From positions 32,001 to 96,000 of the forward strand of contig JAZURI010000009.1 in assembly GCA_045606105.1 (NCBI GenBank): 64,000 nucleotides of DNA. The letters are read 5' to 3'. Within the stretch, counting starts at the first letter, position 1, and every line of letters starts with the position of its first letter. Below the pieces are notes generated by a model. The model saw nothing but the letters and a program-made list of their open reading frames with translations. It did no database searches and was not told where the DNA came from. Positions 47,558 through 56,895 of the stretch are shown one piece after another. A program made the position numbers and the translations under genes. The stretch comes from Spirochaetia bacterium (lineage in GTDB: Bacteria > Spirochaetota > Spirochaetia > CADAEX01).

Positions 47558-49106
47558 AACACCCCTTTTACTTTTATTATCCTCATTTTTATTTGCATTT
47601 GCTTTTCCCTCTTTCATCAATGAAAAAGGTTTTTTTATTCTGGGCTATTTTGCACTTCTGCCCATGTTTGTCGCAATCCGTGACATAAGACTGAAGACAG
47701 CTCCCCTGTGGGGATTCATATACGGGCTTATAACCTATGCCCTTTTCAACTATTGGCTGGGAATTTTCTACCCGCCTGCCATTGTCATCATACCGGCCCT
47801 TTATGCGGTTTATTACTGCGTGCTGTTTCCTCTGCTGAAGGGAGCCGATATGCTGTTCCCGAAATGGGGATTCCTTGTCCAGAGCATTATCTGGATCGGT
47901 TACGAATATCTCCGTACCAAGGGCTTTCTCGGATATCCATACGGTATCCTGGGCTATACCCAGTACTCCTTCCCGGAGCTGGCCAGGGTTGCTGCCGTTA
48001 CCGGTGTCTGGGGTGTCTCCATGCTTCTGGTCTTTCCTTCGGCCCTGCTGGCTGCAGTGTTCAGGAATGGCTTTTCCCCTTACAGGCTTCCCATGGTGCT
48101 GTACGGAGTCTGCTTTGCCGCAGCCCTGACCTACGGTATCGCCACAGCCGGTGATTATTCGGAATGCAGAAAGGTAAGGATGGCCCTTATCCAGCAGAAC
48201 ATAGACCCATGGAAGGGTGGATTCGATACTTACCGTGAATCCCTTGACCGCCTGAAGAAGCAGAGTCTCAGGGCTGTGGAGGATCCGTCGGGAAAACCGG
48301 ACATTGTGGTATGGTCTGAAACCTCCTTTGTTCCGTCGGTGGACTGGCATACAAGGTACAGGACCAACCGGCAGTATTATGAGCTGGTAAAGGAGCTTAC
48401 CGATTTCATGGCAACCCAAGATATCCCTTATGTTCTCGGCAATAACGAAGGGGTCAAGGGGCGTGACAGCAAGGGCTTTGAAACCCGTCTCGACTACAAT
48501 TCGGCTCTCCTTTTTGAAAAGGGTGAGATAACAGAGGTCTACAGAAAGATTCATCTTGTTCCGTTTTCGGAGCATTTTCCGTATGAAAAGCAGCTTCCTT
48601 TCATTTATAAATTCCTGGTGGATTGGGATACCCATTTCTGGGAGAAGGGAACCGAATATACGGTATTTGATGCGGCCGGAATGAAATTTTCCACCCCTAT
48701 ATGCTTTGAGGACAGCTTCGGCGATCTTTCCAGGGAGTTTGTGCGGCACGGTGCCCAGATGATAGTAAACCTTTCCAATGACGGATGGGCCTACTCGGTT
48801 CCTTCGGAGATGCAGCATATGGGCATGGCGGTATTCAGGGCCCTTGAAAACAGGCGTACAGTGGTCAGAAGCACCAACAGCGGCATGACATGTATCATTG
48901 AACCGTCGGGAGAAATAGCGGAAATCATAGAGCCTTTTGAGGAAAATTATCTTCTGGGAGATGCACCGGTTTATGACGGATCAACCACCTTTTATACCAG
49001 GTTCGGGGATTGGTTCGGAATTTCATGTGTCTGGGCAGCTGCGGGATTGATGATTTTGGGAGTCTTAAAAGAATTGACATTAAGGCGGAAGTGTAAGAAA
49101 ATATGA
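47532..49106 (+). CDS. lnt: Apolipoprotein N-acyltransferase
   Basis: Multi-TM N-terminus; nitrilase triad WSET, KIHLVPFSE, ICFED; NDGW; start (GTG 47532) uncertain. Confidence 0.93.
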   Translation: MSGLSGKLKTPLLLLLSSFLFAFAFPSFINEKGFFILGYFALLPMFVAIRDIRLKTAPLWGFIYGLITYALFNYWLGIFYPPAIVIIPALYAVYYCVLFPLLKGADMLFPKWGFLVQSIIWIGYEYLRTKGFLGYPYGILGYTQYSFPELARVAAVTGVWGVSMLLVFPSALLAAVFRNGFSPYRLPMVLYGVCFAAALTYGIATAGDYSECRKVRMALIQQNIDPWKGGFDTYRESLDRLKKQSLRAVEDPSGKPDIVVWSETSFVPSVDWHTRYRTNRQYYELVKELTDFMATQDIPYVLGNNEGVKGRDSKGFETRLDYNSALLFEKGEITEVYRKIHLVPFSEHFPYEKQLPFIYKFLVDWDTHFWEKGTEYTVFDAAGMKFSTPICFEDSFGDLSREFVRHGAQMIVNLSNDGWAYSVPSEMQHMGMAVFRALENRRTVVRSTNSGMTCIIEPSGEIAEIIEPFEENYLLGDAPVYDGSTTFYTRFGDWFGISCVWAAAGLMILGVLKELTLRRKCKKI

Positions 49107-49528
49107 GTATGTTCAGGAACAACAGTGTAAAGGATATTGACCGGACTGCGGCAGCGGTTCTGGGCAGGGAGACAGAGTTCAGGGGAGTTCTCAGATTCAG
49201 CCGTTCTCTTTCCATTCAGGGAAAATTTGAGGGAAGCATAGATTCCACCGGATTTCTTTATGTGGAGCAGGGGGCAGTGGTAAAGGCTGATATCAAGGCA
49301 AAATCGGCTGTGATTTCGGGAAGTGTAACCGGAAACATCCATATTGAGGACCGGCTTGAAATGACCTCCACAGGGCGTGTTGTCGGAGATATTAAGACAT
49401 CAAAGCTTCAGATTGCCGACGGAGTTATCTTTGAAGGTAAATGCGAGATGATAAAAAAGGATGCTGAAATAAAGCTTTTTGAAATGACCGGAGAAAAGCT
49501 TAAAAACAGCTGTAAAATTAAAAATTAG
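49103..49528 (+). CDS. Bactofilin (second copy)
   Basis: VLGRETEFRG..IQGKFEG..VKADI..SG.VTGNI..V.GDI..L.IADG. Confidence 0.9.
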   Translation: MSMFRNNSVKDIDRTAAAVLGRETEFRGVLRFSRSLSIQGKFEGSIDSTGFLYVEQGAVVKADIKAKSAVISGSVTGNIHIEDRLEMTSTGRVVGDIKTSKLQIADGVIFEGKCEMIKKDAEIKLFEMTGEKLKNSCKIKN

Positions 49529-49681
49529 TCAATTACAGGGGGTTGACTATTGTCGCTTCCTGTGAATAAATAAAAAAAGTAATCAACAAATCAAATAAAT
49601 CACACAGTTTATTAATTTTTTTGAATTTTAAGAAAATAATTTAAATACATTTTTTTTAAAAAAAGGAGTAAATCTCTTTTT

Positions 49682-51133
49682 ATGTTGGAAGAAGAAAAAG
49701 TCGCACCGGCCGCAGAGCCTGAAGCTGCGCCAAAAAAACGGGAACGCCGTGTTGTCCGCAGAAGAGTGAAGGCAGCAGAGCCTGCATCAGCCCCGGCTGA
49801 AAACCAGACTGAACCGGCAGAAGCACCGGCAGAACCGGAAAACAACCAGGAAAGGGCAAAGCTCAGCATAAACGAGCTTATCCAGATGGGGCTTCCTGAG
49901 CTCCGTGTCTTTGCACAGGAGATAAATGTTCCCCAGGAAAACCTCAATACGCTCAAGAAACAGGACCTTATTTTTCAGATTCTGAAGGCCCACACCGCCA
50001 GAAACGGAATTATCCATGCTTACGGTTCCCTTGAAAGCCTTCCGGAGGGCTTCGGATTTCTCCGCTCTCCTCAGAACAGCTATCTGCCGGGTGCGGACGA
50101 TATCTATATTTCCCCTTCTCAGATCAGGCTTTTCAATCTCAAGACCGGAGATATTGTTTCCGGCCAGATCCGTACCCCTAAAGAGGGTGAAAAATATTTT
50201 GCCATGCTCCGTGTGGAAAAGATCAACGGTGATGATCCCATCATTGCCCAGACCAGGGTTCCTTTTGACAACCTGACACCTCTTTTCCCTGACGAAAGAA
50301 TAAACATGGAAACCGAATCGGGCGATCCGTGTACCAGGATGATCAATCTTTTCTGTCCTATCGGAAAAGGTCAGAGAGGTCTCATCGTAGCTCCTCCGAG
50401 ATCGGGAAAGACAATCATTCTCCAGAAGATTGCCAATGCCATTACCGAAAATCATCCTGAAATCCATCTTATCCTTCTTCTTATCGATGAAAGACCGGAA
50501 GAGGTTACCGACATGCGCCGCCATGTAAAGGGAGAGGTTATTGCCTCCACCTTCGATGAGCAGGCCACAAGACATGTACAGGTTGCTGAGATGGTTATTG
50601 AAAGAGCCAAGAGAATGGTGGAGCACAAGAAGGATGTGGTTATCCTGCTGGATTCCATCACCAGGCTTGCCAGGGCATACAACCAGACAGTACCTACATC
50701 GGGAAAGATTCTTTCCGGAGGTGTGGATTCCAACGCACTCCATAAGCCTAAGAGATTCTTCGGTGCCGCCAGAAACATCGAGAACGGCGGAAGCCTTACA
50801 ATCATTGCCACAGCCCTTATTGAAACCGGAAGCCGCATGGACGAGGTTATTTTCGAGGAGTTCAAGGGTACAGGTAACATGGAGATGGACCTGGACAGAA
50901 AGATTGCCGACAGGAGACTTTATCCTGCCATCAATATCAAGAAATCAGGTACCAGAAGAGAGGATCTCCTCCTGACAGAAGAGGAGCTTAACAAGATCTG
51001 GATTCTCCGTAAGGTCATTAACCCTATGGATGATGTAGAAATTATTGAAATGTTGATTGACAGAATGAAAAAAACAATGAATAATAAAGCATTCTTGAGG
51101 TCTATGAATACAACAGGTCCTGTGGACCTATAA
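49682..51133 (+). CDS. rho: Transcription termination factor Rho
   Basis: [42 protein letters not shown]; Ala/Glu/Pro-rich N-terminal extension. Confidence 0.98.
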   Translation: MLEEEKVAPAAEPEAAPKKRERRVVRRRVKAAEPASAPAENQTEPAEAPAEPENNQERAKLSINELIQMGLPELRVFAQEINVPQENLNTLKKQDLIFQILKAHTARNGIIHAYGSLESLPEGFGFLRSPQNSYLPGADDIYISPSQIRLFNLKTGDIVSGQIRTPKEGEKYFAMLRVEKINGDDPIIAQTRVPFDNLTPLFPDERINMETESGDPCTRMINLFCPIGKGQRGLIVAPPRSGKTIILQKIANAITENHPEIHLILLLIDERPEEVTDMRRHVKGEVIASTFDEQATRHVQVAEMVIERAKRMVEHKKDVVILLDSITRLARAYNQTVPTSGKILSGGVDSNALHKPKRFFGAARNIENGGSLTIIATALIETGSRMDEVIFEEFKGTGNMEMDLDRKIADRRLYPAINIKKSGTRREDLLLTEEELNKIWILRKVINPMDDVEIIEMLIDRMKKTMNNKAFLRSMNTTGPVDL

Positions 51134-51152
51134 ATGTGAATTGGAGGAAGTG

Positions 51153-51362
51153 ATGAAAGAAGGTATACATCCTGACTATAAGCCGGCTAAAATTACATGT
51201 GCATGTGGAAATGTTATTGAGACCGGTTCTTCAGTGGGCGATATCCAGGTTGAAATTTGTTCAGCTTGTCATCCATTTTTTACCGGAAAGGAAAAACTGG
51301 TTGATACAGCCGGAAGAATAGAAAGATTCAACAAGAAATACGGAATCAAAACAAACAACTAA
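51153..51362 (+). CDS. rpmE: 50S ribosomal protein L31 (zinc-binding type)
   Basis: [27 protein letters not shown]. Confidence 0.97.
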   Translation: MKEGIHPDYKPAKITCACGNVIETGSSVGDIQVEICSACHPFFTGKEKLVDTAGRIERFNKKYGIKTNN

Positions 51363-51389
51363 GTTATTTCTGACTATTTTTATTCTGTG

Positions 51390-51422
51390 AACACGCCTTT
51401 TTCAGGGGGCGTGTTTTTTTTT
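51390..51422 (+). terminator. Intrinsic terminator after rpmE
   Basis: AACACGCC...GGCGTGTT stem followed by T run. Confidence 0.8.
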
Positions 51423-51423
51423 G

Positions 51424-51452
51424 TTGCATTTCCGTGGAATTGCCCTTATAAT
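51424..51452 (+). promoter_or_regulatory. Sigma70-type promoter for the galK-like gene
   Basis: TTGCAT-17 nt-TATAAT; ATG 7 nt after the -10 box. Confidence 0.6.
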
Positions 51453-51459
51453 ATTTTAA

Positions 51460-52611
51460 ATGGAAAGGGTTTTTTCCTTGCACAGACAAGAATTCGGAAT
51501 CCCTCCTTCTGTCGTTGCGGAGGCTCCGGGCAGTATCCTACTTATGGGCAACAGTTCAGATTGTGAGCCCGGCCCGGTTATTACGGCCAATTCGGACAAG
51601 CGTGTTTCAGTGGCTGTCTCCTTCCGTAATGATACTTTTCTCCGTTTCAGCTGCCATGAGCTGAAGGAAAGCAAGCACTCCTCCGTAATCAACAACAAAT
51701 ATAAAAAGGAAGACCGGTGGGCAAATTATGCCAAGGGAATCCTATGCCGTTTTAGCGACAGGGGAGTTGATGTGCCGGGCATGAATATTTCGGTCTGCGG
51801 CGAAGTTACGGAAGGAACCGGAATTTCCTATCCTCTTGCCATATCTGCAGCCACGGCTGTGGGGGTGAACCGTCTTCTGGATCTGGGGCTTGCCGCAGAG
51901 GACCTGGCCGATATCATTTACCGGTGTGAACAGGCATATATCGGCGAAAGCAATTACGGTTCAACTGTCTACGGCATGCTTGAAGGCAACGACGGATGCT
52001 TTACTGCCGCCGACTTTTCTTCAGGCTATTCCGAATCAATCCCTTTTGAGGATCCTGATGCCAGGATAGTGGTAACCATGGCCAATGTACCTTTTATTTC
52101 AGAAATGACAGGCGGTGCTGAAAAGAAAAAGAATATTTCCAAGGCTGTATCTGTCATTAATGTCAACCGTCTTCTTGCAGACAGAAGGCTGAGAGCCTCC
52201 GATATCAGAAGCCAGCTTGTCTCCTGTTCGGATCAGGTAAGGCGTTATTGTCTCCATCTGGTGGGGGAATACAGAAGGGTGGAGGAGGGTGCAGAGCTTC
52301 TCAGGTCAGGAAGATTCCGTGAATTCGGAAAGCTGCTGAACCGTTCCCATGAGAGCCTCAGGGATAACTTTGAGGTATCATGTCCCGAAATAGACTGGCT
52401 GGTAAAAAGGGCTCAGGAAACAGACGGTGCATATGGGGCAAAGATGCTGGGTGCAGCCTTCGGAGGCAGTACCGTGGCTATAATGAAAAATGATTCAATA
52501 GTGAAATACCGCAGGAGACTTGATGAATACGAAAGGATTTTCGGCTTCAGGACACGGCTCCTTACATGCACCCCTTCCAGAGGTGCAAGAATACTCTATT
52601 CAACACACTGA
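51460..52611 (+). CDS. Galactokinase-like GHMP protein with degenerate catalytic motifs
   Basis: APGSILLMGN, WANYAKG, SHESLRDNFEVSCPEID, GAKMLGAAFGG. Confidence 0.78.
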   Translation: MERVFSLHRQEFGIPPSVVAEAPGSILLMGNSSDCEPGPVITANSDKRVSVAVSFRNDTFLRFSCHELKESKHSSVINNKYKKEDRWANYAKGILCRFSDRGVDVPGMNISVCGEVTEGTGISYPLAISAATAVGVNRLLDLGLAAEDLADIIYRCEQAYIGESNYGSTVYGMLEGNDGCFTAADFSSGYSESIPFEDPDARIVVTMANVPFISEMTGGAEKKKNISKAVSVINVNRLLADRRLRASDIRSQLVSCSDQVRRYCLHLVGEYRRVEEGAELLRSGRFREFGKLLNRSHESLRDNFEVSCPEIDWLVKRAQETDGAYGAKMLGAAFGGSTVAIMKNDSIVKYRRRLDEYERIFGFRTRLLTCTPSRGARILYSTH

Positions 52612-52661
52612 TTGACATATGTTTTATTTTTTACGATTATTTACTTCCGGAGGGAAAACCG

Positions 52662-53366
52662 ATGATAAATATTGTATGGGGTTTTAACGGAACCATTGTT
52701 CCCATGCTTCCTTATACAGTTTTCTATGACAGCGACCATATTCTCCTGGATTATCTGATCCAGAACCGGTTTTTCAGCTTTGGTGAAAAGCTTCAGGCTT
52801 CCATGCTGCTGAAGATGGAGGAGAAGGATTTCTGGAGACCGTTCTTCAGAAAAAAGACAGGGAAATTTCTTGAAAAGAAGCCTTCTGCCGTTATCGAGGC
52901 AGTTTCCAAGATCATAAGTCCCAGAATTCCGGAGGAGAACCTGGAGGTGATGAGAAAGCTTCAGGCTTCGGGATACAACATGTATATTGCCAGCTGCAGT
53001 GTGGGAAACATAATCAGCCGGACCCTGGAAATGAGAGGTGCCGACAATATTTTCAAGTCTGTATGTGCAAACGATATTACTGTTCAGAGCGGAATGCTAT
53101 CGGAATATAATCCCATTTTTCTCAGGGGAAGGGACAAGATTGCCTGTCTGGAGAAAAATCTGGGGCTGAAAAAGGAAAATACCGTGGTTATCGGCTGCAG
53201 CAGGGATGATGTTGATATTCTGGACTGGTCAAGATATCCTATTCTCATAGACCAGACAAAAAAGGGCTGGGAGAGGTTCGGAAACAGGAACTATGTTTTC
53301 CTGGAATCATTTTCCATGATACCCTCCGTAATACACAGCCTTACAGCCAAGGAGCACGGAAATTGA
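52662..53366 (+). CDS. HAD-fold protein lacking the catalytic aspartates
   Basis: IVWGFNGTI (motif I), IASCS (II), GRDK (III), IGCSRDD (IV); SD GGAGG. Confidence 0.65.
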   Translation: MINIVWGFNGTIVPMLPYTVFYDSDHILLDYLIQNRFFSFGEKLQASMLLKMEEKDFWRPFFRKKTGKFLEKKPSAVIEAVSKIISPRIPEENLEVMRKLQASGYNMYIASCSVGNIISRTLEMRGADNIFKSVCANDITVQSGMLSEYNPIFLRGRDKIACLEKNLGLKKENTVVIGCSRDDVDILDWSRYPILIDQTKKGWERFGNRNYVFLESFSMIPSVIHSLTAKEHGN

Positions 53367-54292
53367 ATAAACTCATAGTTTTTGATATGGACGGAGTTCT
53401 GGTGGATGTTTCCATGTCCTACAGAAGTGCCACTGTCCTTGCCCCATATATTTTTCTCAGGGAATGCAGAAACAGCAGCCTGCTTCCCGACCCGCTCTTT
53501 TCGGTGGAGGAGCTTTCGGTTCTCAAGGAGCTGGGAGGGCTGAACAACGACTGGGACATGACTCATCGGGTGATATCCCTTCTGCTCAGCGCGGCCGGCA
53601 CATCGGGAGAGAAGAAGGAGTGGGACATGGCTCCTCTTGCCTCTTTCCTGAAGCAGACGGAAAGACCACTGGCCGCACTCTGTGAAAGGGGCGTGATGTC
53701 AGACCGGGCCGATGAATACTATACCGGGGATGTGGGCTCGGGAAATATCATAAAGCAGATATTCCAGGAGATATATCTCGGAGCGGGCCTTTTTGAAAAG
53801 ACCTATGGCATGAGGCCGGAATATTATGACGGAGAGGGATTTATCCTTAGGGAAAAGCCTTTTGTAACCCGGGAAATCCTGAACAGGCTCAGCAATAAAG
53901 GAAAGCTGGCCGTAGCTACAGGCCGTCCTCTGGGAGAAGCACTCTTTACATTGGAAATAAACGGATTTGACATGTTTTCCGCAGTCCTTTCCCACGATCA
54001 CTGTATGGCAGAAACCGAAAGGGTTTTCAGGGAAACAGGAAAAAGATATTCTTTTTTAAAGCCTTCTCCGTTTATGCTTGACGAAATAGTGAAGCAGTTC
54101 GGTGAAGAAAACGAGTTAATATATATAGGCGATACCGGGGATGATATGAGAACTGCCGGAAATTCCGCCTATCCCTTCAAGGGAGTCGGCGTTACCTATT
54201 CTGCCGCCTGTGCTGAGGAGGCCGGAAAGAGACTCCGCAGCTGCGGTGCCGATATTATAATAAACAGACCTGAAGAATTGGGGGATTTATGA
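53363..54292 (+). CDS. HAD-superfamily hydrolase (IA-type with large cap)
   Basis: FDMDGVLVDVSMSY, GGLNNDWD, ATGRP, KPSP, YIGDTGDD. Confidence 0.88.
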   Translation: MNKLIVFDMDGVLVDVSMSYRSATVLAPYIFLRECRNSSLLPDPLFSVEELSVLKELGGLNNDWDMTHRVISLLLSAAGTSGEKKEWDMAPLASFLKQTERPLAALCERGVMSDRADEYYTGDVGSGNIIKQIFQEIYLGAGLFEKTYGMRPEYYDGEGFILREKPFVTREILNRLSNKGKLAVATGRPLGEALFTLEINGFDMFSAVLSHDHCMAETERVFRETGKRYSFLKPSPFMLDEIVKQFGEENELIYIGDTGDDMRTAGNSAYPFKGVGVTYSAACAEEAGKRLRSCGADIIINRPEELGDL

Positions 54293-55659
54293 ATAAAAAA
54301 ACAATAATTCTGCTTTTGATGGCTTTTGCCCTGCTTGTTTCCTGCGGCGGTGAGAAAAAAAGTGATGCCGGAAACCTGACAGCCGAAATGGAGACCCTGA
54401 TAAAGGAAAAGCAGGGAGATGACCTTCTGGCGGGATTCATGGAACTGGACCGGAAATATCCGGATCAGCTTATCCTTAAGATAAATATTTCCGGCATGAT
54501 GCTTGCCAACAATGATATCAAGGGGGCAGGGGATTACCTGAAACAGGGGCTTCCTCTGGCAAAGAACTCAAAGGACAACGGCGAGAAGTATGTCTTCTAT
54601 ACAAACATGGCCCAGTACAGCTTCAAGAACCAGGATCCCAACAAATCCATAGAGTATGCCAACGAGGCTCTGGCTGCCGATAAGAACGACTCCCTGGGGG
54701 TACGGCTCACCATGGCCAAGGCTTATTCGGAGCTGGGAGACAGCATCAGTGCACTCAAGCTTTTCAAGGATCAGTGGGCAGCCTCCCACAAGAAGTTCTC
54801 CGAGGAGGATATGGTATATTTTCTCTACATCCTGGGCAACGAGCCTGACACAGCCGAAAATATCGGAATCGTGGTGGCTATTGCCGATGAGCTTCTTCTC
54901 AGGAAACCAAGCATTTCCGGTACAGGACTGCAGCAGGCACAGGTACTGGAGGAGGCCGGATATATGCTCAGCGCTCTGGTGGCCTCTTTCTCTGAGCTGG
55001 ACAGAAGCCGTTTTGTCAGCAAGATGAACGATTTTGATATCTTTGATACCATCGGACAGTTCAAGGAGCATTTCCCTGCCGATTCCCCTTATGCAAAGCT
55101 TCTGAAAGGCTTTACCGCATATGTCAAGGAGGATTTCGATACAGCGGATGAAATCTTTACCTCGGTGACACCTGAAATCGACCTGATATTCTATTCTTAT
55201 CTCAGATATGCCGCGGCAGTGAACAGCAGCAGGGCCACACCTGAGCTTTGCCGTGAATTTGCTGCCCTGGAGGAAAGGTTTCCTCTGTTTCAGGGATATT
55301 ACTACTATCTCTGGAAAGGCTACAAGAAATGCGGAATGCTGAGTCTGGAAAACGAGGAGCTTCTTGTAAGCTGTATCCTTTCAAATCCGGCTTCCAGGTT
55401 CGGTATCGAGACAAAGAAGGAGCTGGCATCTCTTCACGGAATCATGAAGAACGGTGAGAATATCCTGCTGAAGGATGAGCTTATGGTTTATTTCATGCGC
55501 TTCACCAAGGAAAAAAAGCCTGAAATCCTGGAGCCTCTGGCCAAGCTTATGGAAATGGAGGACAATATCTTCAAGGCCGATGCGGAGCTTATCCTGAAGG
55601 AGGCCGAAAAGCAGGCCGGTGTAACAGAGTGGCTTGACAAGAGGCTGAACAGAAAATGA
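54289..55659 (+). CDS. TPR-containing lipoprotein
   Basis: Lipobox LVSC; all-helical TPR-like repeats. Confidence 0.68.
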   Translation: MNKKTIILLLMAFALLVSCGGEKKSDAGNLTAEMETLIKEKQGDDLLAGFMELDRKYPDQLILKINISGMMLANNDIKGAGDYLKQGLPLAKNSKDNGEKYVFYTNMAQYSFKNQDPNKSIEYANEALAADKNDSLGVRLTMAKAYSELGDSISALKLFKDQWAASHKKFSEEDMVYFLYILGNEPDTAENIGIVVAIADELLLRKPSISGTGLQQAQVLEEAGYMLSALVASFSELDRSRFVSKMNDFDIFDTIGQFKEHFPADSPYAKLLKGFTAYVKEDFDTADEIFTSVTPEIDLIFYSYLRYAAAVNSSRATPELCREFAALEERFPLFQGYYYYLWKGYKKCGMLSLENEELLVSCILSNPASRFGIETKKELASLHGIMKNGENILLKDELMVYFMRFTKEKKPEILEPLAKLMEMEDNIFKADAELILKEAEKQAGVTEWLDKRLNRK

Positions 55660-56252
55660 TCTGCGGAATGGATGAGGTAGGGCGGGGTCCCCTTGCCGGC
55701 CCCGTGGTTGCCTCGGCTGTTGTGCTTCCGTCTGATTTTCCGGTGGAGATACTGGCAGACTCCAAGAAGCTTTCCGAAAAAAAGAGGATGGCAGCCTGCG
55801 ATATCATCATGGAAAAGGCTGTTTCCTGGGGAACCGGATGGGTATGGCCCTTTGAAATAGATGAAATAAATATTCTCAACGCATCGCTGCTGGCTATGAA
55901 AAGGGCCTGGGAAGCCATGACTGTTCCGGTGGAGCCTGACAGGATCCTGGTGGACGGAATCTATGTTCCCGATATCAGGACCCATATTCCCATGGAGGCG
56001 GTAATAAAGGGCGATGACAAGGTTCATGAGATAATGGCGGCTTCCATAGTTGCAAAGACTCTCAGGGATCTGTGGATGACCCGGTATTCATGGATTGAGG
56101 ATAGGTACGGTTTTGAAAAGCATAAGGGGTACCCGACAAAGGCTCACCGGGATGCCGTGGAAAAATACGGCCTCACCCCGATACACAGAAAAAGCTTCAG
56201 AATTTCTTTTCCCGATCACGGTCGCGGTCACGATCACGGTCAGTTCTCCTGA
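55656..56252 (+). CDS. rnhB: Ribonuclease HII
   Basis: GMDEVGRGPLAGPV, DSKKL, VDG, KGD, AASIVAK, HKGYPT, HRKSF. Confidence 0.97.
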   Translation: MICGMDEVGRGPLAGPVVASAVVLPSDFPVEILADSKKLSEKKRMAACDIIMEKAVSWGTGWVWPFEIDEINILNASLLAMKRAWEAMTVPVEPDRILVDGIYVPDIRTHIPMEAVIKGDDKVHEIMAASIVAKTLRDLWMTRYSWIEDRYGFEKHKGYPTKAHRDAVEKYGLTPIHRKSFRISFPDHGRGHDHGQFS

Positions 56253-56613
56253 CAAACCTGTGTTCAGACCTTCTTTCCGGTCTGAAATCGAATCTGCGTT
56301 CAGATCTGTATTCCGGTTTTCTTTCTGTTCTGTATTCTGATCTGGAGTCTGATCTTGAATCAGATCTGTGCTCGGACCTGAAATCCGGCTTCTGATTGAC
56401 AAAGCGTGCTGCCTTCATCAGCTCCTTCATGAAGTTTTCCATATCTTCTTCGTAAACCATAACGGAATGGCGTTCGAATTCACCGTTAGGCATTTTTTTG
56501 CTTTCTACTATATTGAGAAAATGGCTTCCTGTTCTGTTTTCCTTTACGTTAAAGAAGTAAGTCCTTTTATCTGTCATAAACTGCGAAGAAAATAATTCTC
56601 CTCTGATGGCCAT
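56197..56613 (-). CDS. PUR-family nucleic-acid-binding protein (DUF3276, BpuR-like) with RS/RD-rich tail
   Basis: RTYFFNVKENR.G..FLNIVESK..FERHS.MVYEE. Confidence 0.88.
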   Translation of the reverse strand: MAIRGELFSSQFMTDKRTYFFNVKENRTGSHFLNIVESKKMPNGEFERHSVMVYEEDMENFMKELMKAARFVNQKPDFRSEHRSDSRSDSRSEYRTERKPEYRSERRFDFRPERRSEHRFVRRTDRDRDRDRDREKKF

Positions 56614-56684
56614 ATTCTGCCCCTTCCATTAAATAGTTTGTAAATGAACTTTATAATATTGATTATCTTTATTCAATAACCATA

Positions 56685-56713
56685 TTGACAAATTCTTTTT
56701 AAATTTGTATAAA
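56685..56713 (+). promoter_or_regulatory. Sigma70-type promoter of tRNA-Gly
   Basis: TTGACA-17 nt-TATAAA. Confidence 0.7.
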
Positions 56714-56737
56714 TATCATGTTGATTCAAAACAACAT

Positions 56738-56809
<72 letters not shown>

Positions 56810-56841
56810 TAGTCTAAGTTTTAGACAAATTTTCTCTTACT

Positions 56842-56869
56842 GCACGGGTTAACCCCCGGCTTTTTTTTT
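56842..56869 (+). terminator. Intrinsic terminator after tRNA-Gly
   Basis: GC-rich hairpin GCACGGG/CCCGGC followed by T run. Confidence 0.6.
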
Positions 56870-56895
56870 GTCCGGACATCTGCTATAATAAATCC

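Noticed and set aside
47589-48818. 409-aa antisense ORF
   Set aside because: Shadow of lnt; no recognisable motifs or SD.
49682-49860. Ala/Glu/Pro-rich N-terminal extension of Rho
   Set aside because: Low-complexity N-terminal insertions are common and described in Rho from many phyla.
49787-50743. 318-aa antisense ORF
   Set aside because: Shadow of highly conserved rho, explained by codon bias.
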